A DNA stretch of 64,000 nucleotides from Antedon mediterranea (taxonomy: Eukaryota; Animalia; Echinodermata). The stretch covers positions 17,298,001-17,362,000 of the forward strand of contig NC_092674.1 in assembly GCF_964355755.1 (NCBI RefSeq), written 5' to 3'. The notes below the pieces were generated by a model. It searched no databases and was not told the origin of the DNA. It was given only the letters and a program-made list of their open reading frames with translations. A program made the position numbers and the translations under genes. Of this stretch, positions 62,854-64,000 are shown one piece after another (positions within the stretch are counted from its first letter, which is position 1; every line of letters begins with the position of its first letter).

Positions 62854-64000
62854 TTAGCGAGAGAGAGACAGATCAGCGAGAGAGGGACAGATCAGTGAGA
62901 GAGAGAGACAGATTGACTAGAGAGAGACAGATCAGCGAGAGAGAGACAGATCGGCTAGAGAGAGACAGATCAGCGAGAGAGAGACAGATCAGCGAGAGAG
63001 AGATAGATCAGCGAGAGGGAGATAGATCAGCGAGAGAGAGATAGATCAGTGAGAGAGAGATAGATCAGCGAGAGAGAGATAGATCAGCGAGAGAGAGAGA
63101 TAGATCAGCGAGAGAGAGATAGATCAGCGAGAGAGAGATAGATCAGTGAGAGGGAGATAGATCAGAGAGAGAGAGATAGATCAGCGAGAGAGAGATAGAT
63201 CAGCGAGAGAGAGAAAGATCAGCGAGAGAGAGATAGATCAGCGAGAGAGAGATAGATCAGCGAGAGAGAGATAGATCAGCGAGAGAGAGAAAGATCAGCG
63301 AGAGAGAGATAGATCAGCGAGAAAGAGATAGATCAGCGAGAGAGAGATAGATCAGCGAGACAGAGATAGATCAGCGAGAGAGAGATAGATCAGCGAGAGA
63401 GAGATAGATCAGCGAGAGAGAGATAGATCAGCGAGAGAGAGATAGATCAGCGAGAGAGAGAAAGATCAGCGAGAGAGATAGATCAGCGAGAGAGAGATAG
63501 ATCAGCGAGAGAGAGATAGATCAGCGAGACAGAGATAGATCAGCGAGAGAGCGATAGATCAGCGAGAGAGAGATAGATCAGTGAGAGAGAGATAGATTAG
63601 CGAGAGAGAGATAGATCAGCGAGAGAGAGATAGATCAGCGAGAGAGAGATAGATCAGCGAGAGAGAGACAGATCAGCGAGAGAGAGATAGATAAGCGAGA
63701 GAGAGATAGATCAGCGAGACAGATATAGATCAGCGAGAGAGAGATAGATCAGCGAGAGAGAGATAGATCAGCGAGAGAGAGATAGATCAACGAGAGAGAG
63801 AGATAGATCAACGAGAGAGAGAGATCAGCGAGAGAGATAGATCAGCGAGAGAGAGAGAGATAGGTCAGCGAGAGAGAGATAGATCAGCGAGAGAGAGATA
63901 GATCAGCGAGATAGAGATAGATCAGCGAGAGAGAGATAGATCAGCGAGAAAGAGATAGATCAGCGAGAGCGAGATACATCGGGGAGAGATAGATAGATCA
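24584..64000 (+). repeat. Satellite D main array, 19-bp unit TAGATCAGCGAGAGAGAGA with variable (GA)n, ~2000 units, runs off the window end
   Basis: Period 19 (pattern shifts 1 base per 20). Single orientation, no interspersed elements seen in 39.4 kb. Diagnostic variants (GATCGAGGAGA, GATACATCGGGG, ATTGGCTAGA, GCGAAAAAGACACAG, TAGACCAGCGAGAGGG) recur in conserved order. Confidence 0.98.

Noticed and set aside
24584-64000. Telomerase- or RT-templated telomeric repeat
   Set aside because: No TTAGGG/TTAGG-like unit, and rare variants propagate in kb-scale blocks, which fits DNA-level duplication rather than repeated copying from one RNA template.

Overview
Eukaryotic (animal, probably marine invertebrate) heterochromatin-type window with no host protein-coding gene. 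It holds four tandem-repeat families: A, a ~188-bp AT-rich satellite (1-1677 and 15797-18040); B, a 25-bp CpG-rich minisatellite (7481-14270, plus a short inverted outlier at 2165-2357); C, a ~77-90-bp satellite with a 251-bp trimeric higher-order repeat (14271-15720); and D, a 19-bp GA-rich repeat TAGATCAGCGAGAGAGAGA running from 18046 to the end of the window. Embedded mobile elements: an L2-clade LINE with an uninterrupted 1004-codon APE-RT ORF2 (18257-21380), a 2132-bp CAC...GTG element with a 4-bp TSD (Chapaev/CMC-like, 22452-24583), a 3662-bp TAG...CTA element with ~130-bp imperfect TIRs and a 3-bp TSD (Academ-like, 2854-6515), a decayed Crack/L2-group LINE 3' end (6600-7479, minus) and a hAT transposase fragment (2358-2657). 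The most notable structural observations are that satellite A stays in register across a 14-kb interruption through an inverted 72-bp piece, that satellite B contains a fold-back inversion, that two unrelated DNA elements share a subterminal CTCF-like 16-mer, and that satellite D has kb-scale higher-order structure. I found no convincing new protein system. Family assignments come from motif recognition, not database searches.
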